Assembly (NCBI GenBank): GCA_965223905.1
Contig: CBDCXV010000009.1
Coordinates: 512,001-576,000, forward strand
Direction of reading: 5' to 3'
From: Candidatus Latescibacterota bacterium
GTDB lineage: Bacteria > Latescibacterota > UBA2968 > UBA8231
DNA length: 64,000 nt
Made by a program: the position numbers and the translations under genes. Numbering within the stretch: position 1 is the stretch's first letter; every line of letters begins with the position of its first letter. Below the pieces are notes generated by a model. That model worked only from the letters and a program-made list of their open reading frames with translations. It was not told where the DNA came from and made no database searches. Shown here in pieces: positions 10,676 to 20,343 of this stretch.

Positions 10676-11160
10676 AGCTCTCTACCATCGGCTTCACCAG
10701 GAAACCTGCCCGCCGATTTTTCGAACTACTCCGTCAGTCGGGCGCAAAGCGTGTCGTCGACGTGCGGCTCAACAACGGGTCGCAGCTCGCCGGTTTCACC
10801 AAGAAGGATGACCTCCCCTACTTTCTCGATAAGCTTTGCGGCATGGAGTATGTCCACCTTCCCGCGCTGGCCCCGACGAAGGAGATCCTCGACGACTTCA
10901 AGAAGCGGAAGGGCGACTGGAAGACCTACGAGGACCGCTTCCTCGCCCTGATGCGGGAGCGGCGGATCGAGGAGACGGTCCCCAGGGAGATCGTCGCGGA
11001 CGGCTGCCTGCTGTGCAGCGAGGACAAGCCCCACCACTGCCACCGGCGTCTCGTTGCCGAGTACCTGAACGAGCATTGGGGGGGGCGTCGAGATCTCCCA
11101 CCTCGGATAGAGGCATGGCATGATACCCGCCTCGGAAACATTCATACCGATCATGGTTGA
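10672..11160 (+). CDS. DUF488 family protein (C-terminus probably frameshifted at a G8 run; natural stop about 11110)
   Basis: TIGF, VVDVR, LLCSE..PHHCHR motifs. Confidence 0.8.
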   Translation: MKLSTIGFTRKPARRFFELLRQSGAKRVVDVRLNNGSQLAGFTKKDDLPYFLDKLCGMEYVHLPALAPTKEILDDFKKRKGDWKTYEDRFLALMRERRIEETVPREIVADGCLLCSEDKPHHCHRRLVAEYLNEHWGGRRDLPPRIEAWHDTRLGNIHTDHG

Positions 11161-11443
11161 GCGCATCGTGGAGGGCTTCGCGCCTTACCGCGTAGTCCTT
11201 TTCGGCTCGCACTTGCGGGGCGCGACCCACAAGTGGAGCGACGTCGACTTGCTGGTGGTGTTGCCGAACGGTACCGATCAGCACCATGCCGCCGTCGAAA
11301 TCCACCGGGCCTTGGGCGATCTGCCGGTGGCCAAGGACATCGTCGTGACCACGCCGGAGGAAATCAGCCGTCGCGGTCACGTCATCGGTGGTGTGCTGTA
11401 CGCGGCACTGCGGGAGGGGGAAACCATCTATGAACGACCCTGA
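11120..11443 (+). CDS. Minimal nucleotidyltransferase (MNT antitoxin)
   Basis: VVLFGSHLRG...SDVDLLVV motif. Confidence 0.8.
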   Translation: MIPASETFIPIMVERIVEGFAPYRVVLFGSHLRGATHKWSDVDLLVVLPNGTDQHHAAVEIHRALGDLPVAKDIVVTTPEEISRRGHVIGGVLYAALREGETIYERP

Positions 11444-11834
11444 GCGCCTCCGTGAAGGGCGTCGCTGGCTTCGTTTCGCGAGGGAGGATCTCGATGTGGC
11501 GAAGGAGTTGCTTGGCGGGCGACGAATCCGACACGCCTGCTTTTGCGCCCAGCAAGCGGCCGAAAAGGCGCTAAAGGCGGCGCTCCTGCTTGAGGGACTC
11601 GAGATCCCCTACATACACGATTTGAATGCCGTGCGGAACCGGTTACCTGATTCGTGGTCCGTGCGGAGCGAACATCCCGATCTTGCTGAACTCACGGTAT
11701 GGGCAGCTGAATCTCGGTACCCCGGGGATTGGCAGGAGGCCACAGCGGTCGATGCCGAACGGGCGGTGTCGCAGGCCGGAGGGGTCTACGACTCAATAGC
11801 GGCCGAGTTCGAGCAGCGCACAAACGCTGAATAA
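11430..11834 (+). CDS. HEPN domain protein (MNT-HEPN pair)
   Basis: AQQAAEKALKA, HDL, SRYP motifs; overlaps MNT gene. Confidence 0.8.
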   Translation: MNDPERLREGRRWLRFAREDLDVAKELLGGRRIRHACFCAQQAAEKALKAALLLEGLEIPYIHDLNAVRNRLPDSWSVRSEHPDLAELTVWAAESRYPGDWQEATAVDAERAVSQAGGVYDSIAAEFEQRTNAE

Positions 11835-11875
11835 GTCATTAAAGGCCCCACCCCAACGGAAAAGAGAACCAGCAT

Positions 11876-14800
11876 ATGGCAATCACGAACCACGAGCGCG
11901 TCGGCACGGCGATGGAGTTGCTCCGTCAGGGACTGGCCCCGTTCGTCGAACGCGAGCTGAACGACAAGGTCAAGAGGAACGCCGTCGACATGGACGTTCT
12001 TCGCCGCTTCGAGATCGACAAGCCGTACCGCGAGTGGGACGCCGCTGCCCTCCTCCGGCTGATGGGGGATAACTGGAGGGACGTCTTCAGCGACACCTTC
12101 GGCTACACAGAGCGCAGCCTGGTTTCCGAGCTGCGTGAATGGCGCAACAAGTGGGCGCACCAGGAGCGCTTCTCCAGCGACGATGCCGACCGCGCCCTTG
12201 ACTCCGCGGAGCGTCTTCTCACCGCGGTTTCCGCTCCCCAGTCGGCCGAAGCCGCAAAGATGAAGTTGGAGCTGCGCCGGCGGGTGTTCGACGAGCAGGT
12301 GCGTGGGGAGCAGCGCCGGGGCATAGGCGGGCTTGTCGAAGCCGTGGGCGACGGCGGGCTCAAGCCCTGGCGCGAGGTGGTGACTCCTCACGCCGACGTG
12401 GCAAGCGGCCGCTACCAGCAGGCGGAGTTCGCCGCGGACCTGGGGCAGGTGCATCTGGGCGAGGGCACGGACGAGTACCGCGACCCCGGGGAGTTCTTCC
12501 GGCGGACCTTCCTAACCGAAAGCCTGAAGCGGTTGCTGGCCGGCGGTATCCAGCGCCTCGCCGGCCAAGGCGGCGACCCGGTGGTTCAACTGCAGACCAA
12601 CTTCGGGGGCGGCAAGACCCACTCGATGCTGGCGCTCTACCACCTGTTCTCCGGGATCCCAGCGCGGGAGCTCACCGGCATGGACGAGGTGCTGGCGGAG
12701 GCGGGGGTCGAAATTCCCCGGGAAGTGCGGCGCGTGGTGCTGGTCGGCACCCGCATTTCCCCGGGAAATCCGGTGACCAAAGCGGACGGCACGGTGGTTC
12801 GCACCCTGTGGGGGGAGCTCGCCTGGCAGCTCGGCGGCAAGGAGGCGTTCGAGCGGGTGCGCGCCGACGACGAGCGGGCGACCAGTCCCGGGGACGTGCT
12901 GCGGGAACTGCTGAACGAGTACGGGCCCTGCCTGGTGCTGATCGACGAGTGGGTCTCCTACGCGCGCCAGCTTCACGACGACCCCGATCTGCCGGCGGGC
13001 AGCTTCGAGACTCAGTTCACCTTCGCCCAGGCCCTGACCGAGTCGGTGAAGCTCACGGGCAACTGCCTGCTGGTGATTTCGCTGCCGGCTTCCAACACCT
13101 CGACTCCCGATTCTCCCCATACCGAGGCGGACGACGCCGAGGTCGGGGGTGTTCGCGGGCGCGGCGCCCTGGACCGGCTACGCAACGTGCTGGGCCGGAT
13201 CGACTCGCCGTGGAGGCCGGCCAGTGCCGAGGAGAGCTTCGAGATTGTGCGCCGGCGGTTGTTCGAGCCTCTCGCCGGACCGGACCCCTTCACGCAGCGC
13301 GACGTCACCGCCCGCGCCTTCTCCGAACTGTATCGCTTACAACAGGTCGAGTTCCCCGCGGAGTGCCGCACCGCCGACTACGAGCGCCGCATCCAGACGG
13401 CTTACCCGATTCATCCCGAGATCTTCGACCGACTCTACACGGACTGGTCCGCCCTCGCCAAGTTTCAGCGCACCCGAGGGGTGCTGCGCCTGATGGCCGC
13501 GGTGATCCACAGCCTGTGGGAGCGGGGGGACCGCAACCCGCTGCTGCTGCCCTCCACCCTTCCCATCGACGACGACCGCGTGCGCAACGAGCTGACCCGC
13601 TATCTCTCCGACAACTGGAACCCCGTCATCGACAAGGACGTCGACGGCCCGGGCTCGCTGCCGGTCGCCATCGACGGGAGGGCGCCCAACCTCGGCAAGC
13701 TCTCCGCCACGCGGCGGGTGGCGCGCACCGTCTACCTCGGCTCCGCCCCCACTACCGCAGCGGCGCACCGGGGCATCGACGACTCCCGGGTCAAGCTCGG
13801 CTGCGTCATGCCGGGAGAATCCCCGGCGGTGTTCGGCGACGCCCTGCGCAGGCTGGCCGCGGAGGCGACCTATCTCTACCAGGACGGCCCCAGGCAGTGG
13901 TACGCCACCCAGCCGACGGTCACCAAGCTGGCCGAGGACCGGGCCGAGCAACTGGCCGGCAACCCCGACGCGGTCGCCAGGGAGCTGGAGGAGCGGCTGA
14001 AGAAGGACCTGCGCAGCACCGGGGACTTCGACCGCATCCACACCCTGCCCCGCTCGGGGGCGGACGTGCCGGACGACCTCGACGCGCGGCTGGTGGTGCT
14101 CTCCGCGGAGCATCCCTGTTCGCGGGATCCGGACAATGCGGCGGAGGTCACCGCCCGGGAAATCCTCGAGTCGCGCGGCAGTACACCGAGACTGTTCCGC
14201 AACACCCTGGTCTTCCTGGCGGTGGACAAGGTGCGGTACCAGGACCTCGACGAAGCCCTGCGCCGGTACTTGGCCTGGGTGTCGATCCTCGACGAGAGGG
14301 AGGAACTCAACCTCGACCCCCACCAAGCCCGACAGGCGGAAACGCAGCTGAAGGCGGCTGACGACACGGTGACCGCGCGGCTGCCGGAGGCTTACCAGTG
14401 GCTGCTGGTTCCCGGGCAGGAAAGGCCGGATGCCGAGGTCTCCTGGGAAGCCATTCGTCTGACTGCGTCAGGGGCATTGGCGGAACGGGCAGGCAAGCGG
14501 CTGCGCAACGAGGAACTGCTGGTAGCCGGGCTCGGGGCGACCATCCTGCGCAAGCACCTCGACGAGGTGCCCTTATGGCGCGGGGGGGATCACGTGGCGG
14601 TGCGGCAGCTCGTCGAGGATTTCGGCCGGTATTTGTACCTGCCACGCCTGCGCAACACCGAGGTTCTCACGCGCGCCGTCCAGGACGGGGTCGCTTTGCT
14701 GACCTGGGAGTCGGATTCATTCGCCCTTGCCGAGAGCCAAGACGAGGCCGTTGGACGCTACCGCGGTCTGCAGGCGGGACAGGCGGTCGGAATTTCCCCC

Positions 14801-15187
14801 GAAAGCCCGGCCCTGCTGGTCAAGCCGAAGGTGGCCCGCCGGCAGCTCGACGCGGAGGTGCCGCCCACGCCGGCGCCGGCTCCCGAGGGTCAGGAGGAGG
14901 TACCACCTGGTACGGATGGGACTGAGCCGCCCCCGCCGCCGCCCGAGAAGAAGGCGCGACGGTTTCACGGGGCCGTGACGCTGGACGCCACCCGGGTAGG
15001 CCGAGACGCCGGCCAGATCGCCGACGAGGTGATATCCCATCTTTCCGGCCTGGTCGGATCGGAGGTTACGGTCACCCTGGAGATCGATGCCGAGATCCCG
15101 GAGGGGGCCCCGGAGAACGTCGTGCGCACGGTCACCGAGAACAGCCGCACCCTGAAGTTCGCCAGCCACGGGTTCGAGGAGTCGTGA
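11876..15187 (+). CDS. Swt1-like HEPN + DUF499 AAA+ ATPase
   Basis: N-terminal RNKWAH (RxxxxH); EFAADL, QTNFGGGKTH Walker A, LIDEW, YPIHP, FQRTRGVLR. Confidence 0.88.
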   Translation: MAITNHERVGTAMELLRQGLAPFVERELNDKVKRNAVDMDVLRRFEIDKPYREWDAAALLRLMGDNWRDVFSDTFGYTERSLVSELREWRNKWAHQERFSSDDADRALDSAERLLTAVSAPQSAEAAKMKLELRRRVFDEQVRGEQRRGIGGLVEAVGDGGLKPWREVVTPHADVASGRYQQAEFAADLGQVHLGEGTDEYRDPGEFFRRTFLTESLKRLLAGGIQRLAGQGGDPVVQLQTNFGGGKTHSMLALYHLFSGIPARELTGMDEVLAEAGVEIPREVRRVVLVGTRISPGNPVTKADGTVVRTLWGELAWQLGGKEAFERVRADDERATSPGDVLRELLNEYGPCLVLIDEWVSYARQLHDDPDLPAGSFETQFTFAQALTESVKLTGNCLLVISLPASNTSTPDSPHTEADDAEVGGVRGRGALDRLRNVLGRIDSPWRPASAEESFEIVRRRLFEPLAGPDPFTQRDVTARAFSELYRLQQVEFPAECRTADYERRIQTAYPIHPEIFDRLYTDWSALAKFQRTRGVLRLMAAVIHSLWERGDRNPLLLPSTLPIDDDRVRNELTRYLSDNWNPVIDKDVDGPGSLPVAIDGRAPNLGKLSATRRVARTVYLGSAPTTAAAHRGIDDSRVKLGCVMPGESPAVFGDALRRLAAEATYLYQDGPRQWYATQPTVTKLAEDRAEQLAGNPDAVARELEERLKKDLRSTGDFDRIHTLPRSGADVPDDLDARLVVLSAEHPCSRDPDNAAEVTAREILESRGSTPRLFRNTLVFLAVDKVRYQDLDEALRRYLAWVSILDEREELNLDPHQARQAETQLKAADDTVTARLPEAYQWLLVPGQERPDAEVSWEAIRLTASGALAERAGKRLRNEELLVAGLGATILRKHLDEVPLWRGGDHVAVRQLVEDFGRYLYLPRLRNTEVLTRAVQDGVALLTWESDSFALAESQDEAVGRYRGLQAGQAVGISPESPALLVKPKVARRQLDAEVPPTPAPAPEGQEEVPPGTDGTEPPPPPPEKKARRFHGAVTLDATRVGRDAGQIADEVISHLSGLVGSEVTVTLEIDAEIPEGAPENVVRTVTENSRTLKFASHGFEES

Positions 15188-15506
15188 CAAGGCCCGACAC
15201 CGCTGGTAGCACGAAGGGAGAGACAGCTCTACATATGAAATCGCGGTCTCCTCGCAGGTGGGAAAAAGGCCGAGGATGGGGAAGCCATGCAAATCCCGTG
15301 GCAGCGTTGGGCGCATTGATTGAGAGCCAAAAAGGTGCTTTATCTATACTCTTGTATCATGGATCCGTGGTCTCAGCCCAGCCAAGCGATACGCTCCCTG
15401 CTCCCACGCTTTTTGCTAACCTCGACGGTTGTCGTTCAAAGGGCCGGGTTAGAAGTTGCGTCGGTTGGGCCCATCAAGGAGGAAGGCTTTGGACTTGCTA
15501 GGGAAC

Positions 15507-17354
15507 ATGTACATCGAACGAGTGCAGGTAGACGAAGGCTTTCTCGACGGTCTGGACCTGCGGCTGGCCCGAGGGCTCACTGTGATTATCGGCGCCCGCG
15601 GAGCGGGGAAGACCTCACTTGTGGAACTCGTCCGGTTCTGTCTCGATGTAGGAAGCTTCACCGATGAGGCTGGTCAGCGAGGGTACCAGCAGGCGCTGTC
15701 CGTTCTCGAAGGTGGGCAAGTTACGGTGACCCTGAGCGATGGGCACGAGCGCACCACATTCGTAAGGTCAGCGTCTGACTCGTTGCCGCGGTCGACTTCA
15801 AGGCCGCCTGATGTGACGATCCTTGCGCAAGGAGAAATCGAGGCTGTCGGCGCCCAAAGGGGTGGGCGCCTGCATCTTGTTGACCGGCTTGTTCCGGAGC
15901 GACGAGACTTTCACCGAAAAGCCGAGCACCTGAGAACCCAGATTAAGTCCATCACAGTCGAGATCCGAGATCTGCTGATCGAAGTAGACGACATGGAAGG
16001 AGCCGTTGGTGAGGAACGGAACGTTCCAGAGGAGCTAGCGAAAGCTCTGGAGCTAGAGGCTTCAGCCCTCAAATCCGTAGAGGCGACGGAAGCGGATAGA
16101 AAGCAGCTTGCCTCCTTGCAGCAAGCATCCGCGCAAACGAAGGTGCAGCAGGGGGTGTTTGAACGCGCTTTGGAAGAACTGGAATCACTGGATGCTGACC
16201 TAGTGGGGATTTCTAAACGTCCGATTCTAGCGGAGAGTTGGCCTGATTCAGCAGGTGGGCAGGATATGCTTTCACCGCTGCGTGAAAAGGTCGTCAGTGC
16301 TCTTGACCATTTAGATAAGGCGAGGCTGGTAGTTGCTGCAAGTATCCAGGACATACAGTCGCATATAGAGGATGGCATTGAGAAGACAATCAGGACAGAC
16401 CAAGCATCTCGCGAGATTCGGAAACGATTGGACCAGTTAGAGGAAGGTATAGGTGCGATCACCCGGAGGGTGGAGGAACTTCGCGAGAAGTCGGGTCAGC
16501 TCTCGGCGCTTAGCCAGCGATTGGTCGAGAAGCGTGCGCATGCGGTCTCCCAGTCAGGACACCGAAACGAGCTATACCGTGCTCTAGATCGTCTGCGTCA
16601 GGAACGCTTCGACAGCCGATTAAAGGTCGCAAAGTCCCTCACAGACGAGCTTGGACCTGACATTCGGGTCAGGGCTACCCGATCAGAGCAGACAAGACCC
16701 TATGCTGAAGCCATTATCGGTGGGCTTCGAGGAAGCGGCCTGCACTACAACGCGCTTAGTCCGCAACTCGCTGCTACCATGTCTCCACTGGAACTAGCCC
16801 AAGCTGTCGAAACAAGGGACCCCGAACCAATTGCAGAAGCAGCAGAAATACCGAGAGGTCGGGCGATGGCTATCATTCAGGCTCTAAAAGAAAGTGATTT
16901 GGCAAGCATCGTAGCGGCGCCGATTGACGACGGTATCGCACTTGAACTTCTAGACGGGTCCATATACAAGAATAGTGAGAATGTTTCAATCGGACAGCGC
17001 TGCACAACAGTTTTGCCGGTGCTCTTGGGCCAGCATGGAGGAATCCTCATGGTTGATCAACCAGAGGATCATTTGGACAATTCCTTCATCACTACTACGG
17101 TAGTAACTGCACTTAAAAAACGAGATCCAGGAGACCAGTTGATCTTTGCTTCACACAATGCCAATATTCCAGTATTGGGCAATGCAGATTCGATTGTAGT
17201 GCTCGACTCTGACGGAAAACGCGGTTTCGTAAAGCATACCGGCCCCCTTGAGGACAAGGAGAGCGTGCGAGCAATTACGGATGTCATGGAGGGAGGTGCC
17301 AAGGCGTTCGCGCGGCGGGCAGAATTTTACGGTGGTGATTTCGGTAGAGACTAA
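15507..17354 (+). CDS. SMC/ABC-type ATPase with central coiled coil (TrlF/Ppl-like ATPase module)
   Basis: GARGAGKT, SIGQ signature, MVDQPEDHLDN, SHNANIPVLG. Confidence 0.85.
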   Translation: MYIERVQVDEGFLDGLDLRLARGLTVIIGARGAGKTSLVELVRFCLDVGSFTDEAGQRGYQQALSVLEGGQVTVTLSDGHERTTFVRSASDSLPRSTSRPPDVTILAQGEIEAVGAQRGGRLHLVDRLVPERRDFHRKAEHLRTQIKSITVEIRDLLIEVDDMEGAVGEERNVPEELAKALELEASALKSVEATEADRKQLASLQQASAQTKVQQGVFERALEELESLDADLVGISKRPILAESWPDSAGGQDMLSPLREKVVSALDHLDKARLVVAASIQDIQSHIEDGIEKTIRTDQASREIRKRLDQLEEGIGAITRRVEELREKSGQLSALSQRLVEKRAHAVSQSGHRNELYRALDRLRQERFDSRLKVAKSLTDELGPDIRVRATRSEQTRPYAEAIIGGLRGSGLHYNALSPQLAATMSPLELAQAVETRDPEPIAEAAEIPRGRAMAIIQALKESDLASIVAAPIDDGIALELLDGSIYKNSENVSIGQRCTTVLPVLLGQHGGILMVDQPEDHLDNSFITTTVVTALKKRDPGDQLIFASHNANIPVLGNADSIVVLDSDGKRGFVKHTGPLEDKESVRAITDVMEGGAKAFARRAEFYGGDFGRD

Positions 17355-17359
17355 GGCCG

Positions 17360-18298
17360 GTGGATAGGCGCGAAGCACTTGAGCTATTGTCCTCAGAAAG
17401 CGCTTTCGACAGATTGCGCGCTGCACGCATTTTGCGCCATCTTGCTGTCTCATCCTCAGATAGAGCCCTCATTGAAGCCGCTCACCGGACCGAATCGGAT
17501 GCGTGGGTACGTTCTGCTCTCTCGAGGATCACAAGCCACGATCCGAAAGCACCCTCGGGGAAAAGTCCAGAAGAGCAAGTCGTAGAGGATGGAACACTGC
17601 TTGCCCATGACATTCGAGCACAGACCACCCAAGAGTTAACGGCGATGGTTGCCCATGAACTCGACCCACTCCTCGGGACGCTTCGTATGTGTTGTATGAA
17701 GGAGATATCCAGTTTCGAGGAGAGTGAGACTAAGCGATCCATTGCTGGCCTCGAGTCCTTTCTTAAGGCCCTGCGAGGGCTCTACAAAGCATCCGGAGTA
17801 CCCTCGGTCAGCGACTTTAGCCTTAACGACGTTGTGTTTGATTCAATCGAAACGGTTCTAGAAGAGCGACGGCAAAATGCAGCGGAAGAGATAAAGGTGG
17901 AAGCGGCGCGAAAGGATTATGTGGGGACACTAGGAGATCCCGATCTAGTCCGTCTTGCCCTCGTCAACATTCTTCGTAACGCCTTAGAAGCGAGCGACTC
18001 AACATCGGGAGGACAGGGACTTCCCGTGGTAGTCAACTGGGGTTTCACTGAAAGAGACGCTTGGGTATCGGTCTTGGACGAAGGGGTTGGCCTTCCACCG
18101 GGGGCATCTGGCATGGTAAAACCCGGTGTAACGAACAAGGACAAAGGTGCTCATTCTGGCATGGGTCTGCCCGTGTGCATCAGGGCACTAAAAGGGCTGA
18201 ATGGTGCGTTGGCTCTTCGACCACGCGAGGGTGGTGGAGTGGTCGCGGAGATGCGTTGGAAGGGAGATGAAGGGAAAAATGCGGGTGCTTCTAATTGA
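17360..18298 (+). CDS. Cytoplasmic histidine kinase with N-terminal HEAT-like repeat
   Basis: H-box VAHEL, N-box NILRNALEA, G1 DEGVG, G2 GMGL; no TM segments; N-terminal RLRAARIL...ESDAWVRSAL. Confidence 0.75.
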   Translation: MDRREALELLSSESAFDRLRAARILRHLAVSSSDRALIEAAHRTESDAWVRSALSRITSHDPKAPSGKSPEEQVVEDGTLLAHDIRAQTTQELTAMVAHELDPLLGTLRMCCMKEISSFEESETKRSIAGLESFLKALRGLYKASGVPSVSDFSLNDVVFDSIETVLEERRQNAAEEIKVEAARKDYVGTLGDPDLVRLALVNILRNALEASDSTSGGQGLPVVVNWGFTERDAWVSVLDEGVGLPPGASGMVKPGVTNKDKGAHSGMGLPVCIRALKGLNGALALRPREGGGVVAEMRWKGDEGKNAGASN

Positions 18299-19697
18299 GG
18301 ACGAGGAGGCCACAATCCGACAGATCCGCGCCCGCTTGCAAACCGAATGCCAAGCTAATGTCAAACTCGCACGAAGCAGGGACACTGCTATCGAGATTTT
18401 GAAAGGGAACGAGGATTTCGACTTGATCGTCTGTGACTTGAGAATCCCGACACGAGACGGATCGTTGGACGTAGACCAGGAACACGGCCTCCGGGTGCAT
18501 GATGTAGCTCGTACAGAGCATCCCGGCACCTTCACGATCTTTTTCAGCGGATTTGTAGAGCTTGAAAATGTAGGTGCAAGACTGTCTGCCGGCCCGTCTC
18601 TGGACGTCTTCGCCACAGGAGAAGAATGGCCGCTTGTAGACGCCCTCCTTAAATCGAAACAACCGGAGTTTCTTCAGTGGGCTACCAAATTGAGTATGAG
18701 ACTCAGGGAGGTAAATCAAATCAATATCCTTCAACCCAATATTTGCCTCACTAACGAATTCGCGTGGAGGACCTTACGCATCTATGCGAAACGATTGAAT
18801 GGAACAGAGATTGTTTCTGAGAGCCTGGGCGGTCTGTCAGGCGCGAAGGTACTTCGAGTCGAGATTTTGGACGGGTCACAAGCCTCTGTAGGATTGGTAG
18901 TTGCGAAGGTGGATCTACTCGTACGAATTGAGGACGAGCTTGTTCGCTATCGTAGGCATGTGGCACCGGTTCTGCGGGTCGGAACATTTGCTCCGCTAGC
19001 GGGCGAAGTCCTCCACGGATGTGGTCGGTTCGGAGCAGCCTTCTACAGCCTCGCTGCGAATGGATACAACGACCTTTTCTACCTGTCCATCACTGATGAC
19101 GCTGCTTCTCAGAAGGCGGTGTCTCTACTCCGCAAATCTCATCGTCAGTGGCGAGGCAATACTGGTAGCTCGAACGTATCCGTCGGCACCGTAAGGTCTT
19201 CTTGCATATCCGATGAACAGCTTGCTCCGTGGAGGGACGACCTTAGTCCAGACCGCGTTGAGGAGGCAGAGGCAATCACGATCTCCATGAAGCAATCTAT
19301 CCAACACGGAGATCTGCACGGCCTCAACGTGCTTGTCGATAGCGAAGGAGGACCTCTAATTATCGACTACGGCAACTTTGCCCGGCACCCAGTGGCACTC
19401 GATCCAGTGACACTTGAAATGAGCTTCGTATTTCACGCCGAACATCCTGAGCTTCATGGATGGCCGTCTATTGAGCAGGCGTCACGCTGGTTTGATCTAG
19501 CCGAATACGTTCGCGGTTCGCATCTCAAGGAGGTAGTCGGTGCTTGCCGCCAGTGGGCAGAATCCGATACCTCCCGACCGGAGTTGGCGGCAATCGTATA
19601 CGCTCATGCAGTACGGCAGCTGAAATATGAAGATACCAATAAAAGTCTTGCCCTTGCCATTGCTAAAGCCGCCATGGCAGAGCTGATTGGCGAGTAG
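18279..19697 (+). CDS. Receiver domain fused to APH/protein-kinase-like domain
   Basis: LLIEDE...IVCDLRIP...FSG receiver; GLSGAKV, VAK, E helix, HGDLHGLN, IIDYG kinase motifs. Confidence 0.75.
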   Translation: MRVLLIEDEEATIRQIRARLQTECQANVKLARSRDTAIEILKGNEDFDLIVCDLRIPTRDGSLDVDQEHGLRVHDVARTEHPGTFTIFFSGFVELENVGARLSAGPSLDVFATGEEWPLVDALLKSKQPEFLQWATKLSMRLREVNQINILQPNICLTNEFAWRTLRIYAKRLNGTEIVSESLGGLSGAKVLRVEILDGSQASVGLVVAKVDLLVRIEDELVRYRRHVAPVLRVGTFAPLAGEVLHGCGRFGAAFYSLAANGYNDLFYLSITDDAASQKAVSLLRKSHRQWRGNTGSSNVSVGTVRSSCISDEQLAPWRDDLSPDRVEEAEAITISMKQSIQHGDLHGLNVLVDSEGGPLIIDYGNFARHPVALDPVTLEMSFVFHAEHPELHGWPSIEQASRWFDLAEYVRGSHLKEVVGACRQWAESDTSRPELAAIVYAHAVRQLKYEDTNKSLALAIAKAAMAELIGE

Positions 19698-19721
19698 TTA
19701 GCTTCCTCACTCCGAACAGGT

Positions 19722-20006
19722 TTATTCGCGTTCAAACCCTCTTGGTCGAATAAGACAAGCTTTTCCGAGGAAACTACTCCAAATAACTATAGGACATAAT
19801 GTATGCGTATCCTTGAAATCGTGTTGCAAGCCGAAGGTATGGCTCAGTTCGTGGGCCACCGTCGTAAAGCTCGCACTTCCCCCTATAGAAATAAAGGCAC
19901 GATTTTTAACTCTCGGCCATGGCGCTGAGCGCACCTCAAGATTAGGCAGCACCCTGAGGATGGTTTGCATGTCCCTCGACAGAGCATCGTAGTACTGGTG
20001 GACCAT
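19722..20006 (-). pseudogene. Zinc metallopeptidase fragment
   Basis: AHELSHTFGLQH (HExxHxxGxxH) in a short ORF. Confidence 0.35.
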
Positions 20007-20343
20007 CCTGCATCCAGAAAAAAACGTGTATCCTGCAGGGTCAAAATGGAGATCTCAGGGGAAGATCGGAACAAGAAGGACAGGACAGCAAATACCAAAA
20101 TGAATCACCCTTTTCTCTGCCTGTCCGGCGGTCAAAGAATGGGTTCCATCCCTCCTTTCTGTTGCCGGCAAGTGGGAGCATTGACAGGGGTCCGGCTGGC
20201 GGTAATTTATCCTACGCGACCGAATCTTCATCCGAGTAAGGATTGATCACACCCTCGTTGTATTAGAGAACTGTAACTGGGGCACTCAACCACTTATCTT
20301 TTTCAGGTTTTGTTAATCAATAGTTGAACGCTTAGGTGACAAG

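Noticed and set aside
12808-14361. Long alternative-frame and antisense ORFs (also 33562..35256, 38545..40056, 54698..56707 and others)
   Set aside because: Shadow ORFs of high-GC genes with Arg/Pro/Gly-rich composition and no motifs
14860-14950. Pro-rich low-complexity stretch in the DUF499 gene
   Set aside because: Ordinary in-frame linker, not a DNA repeat element
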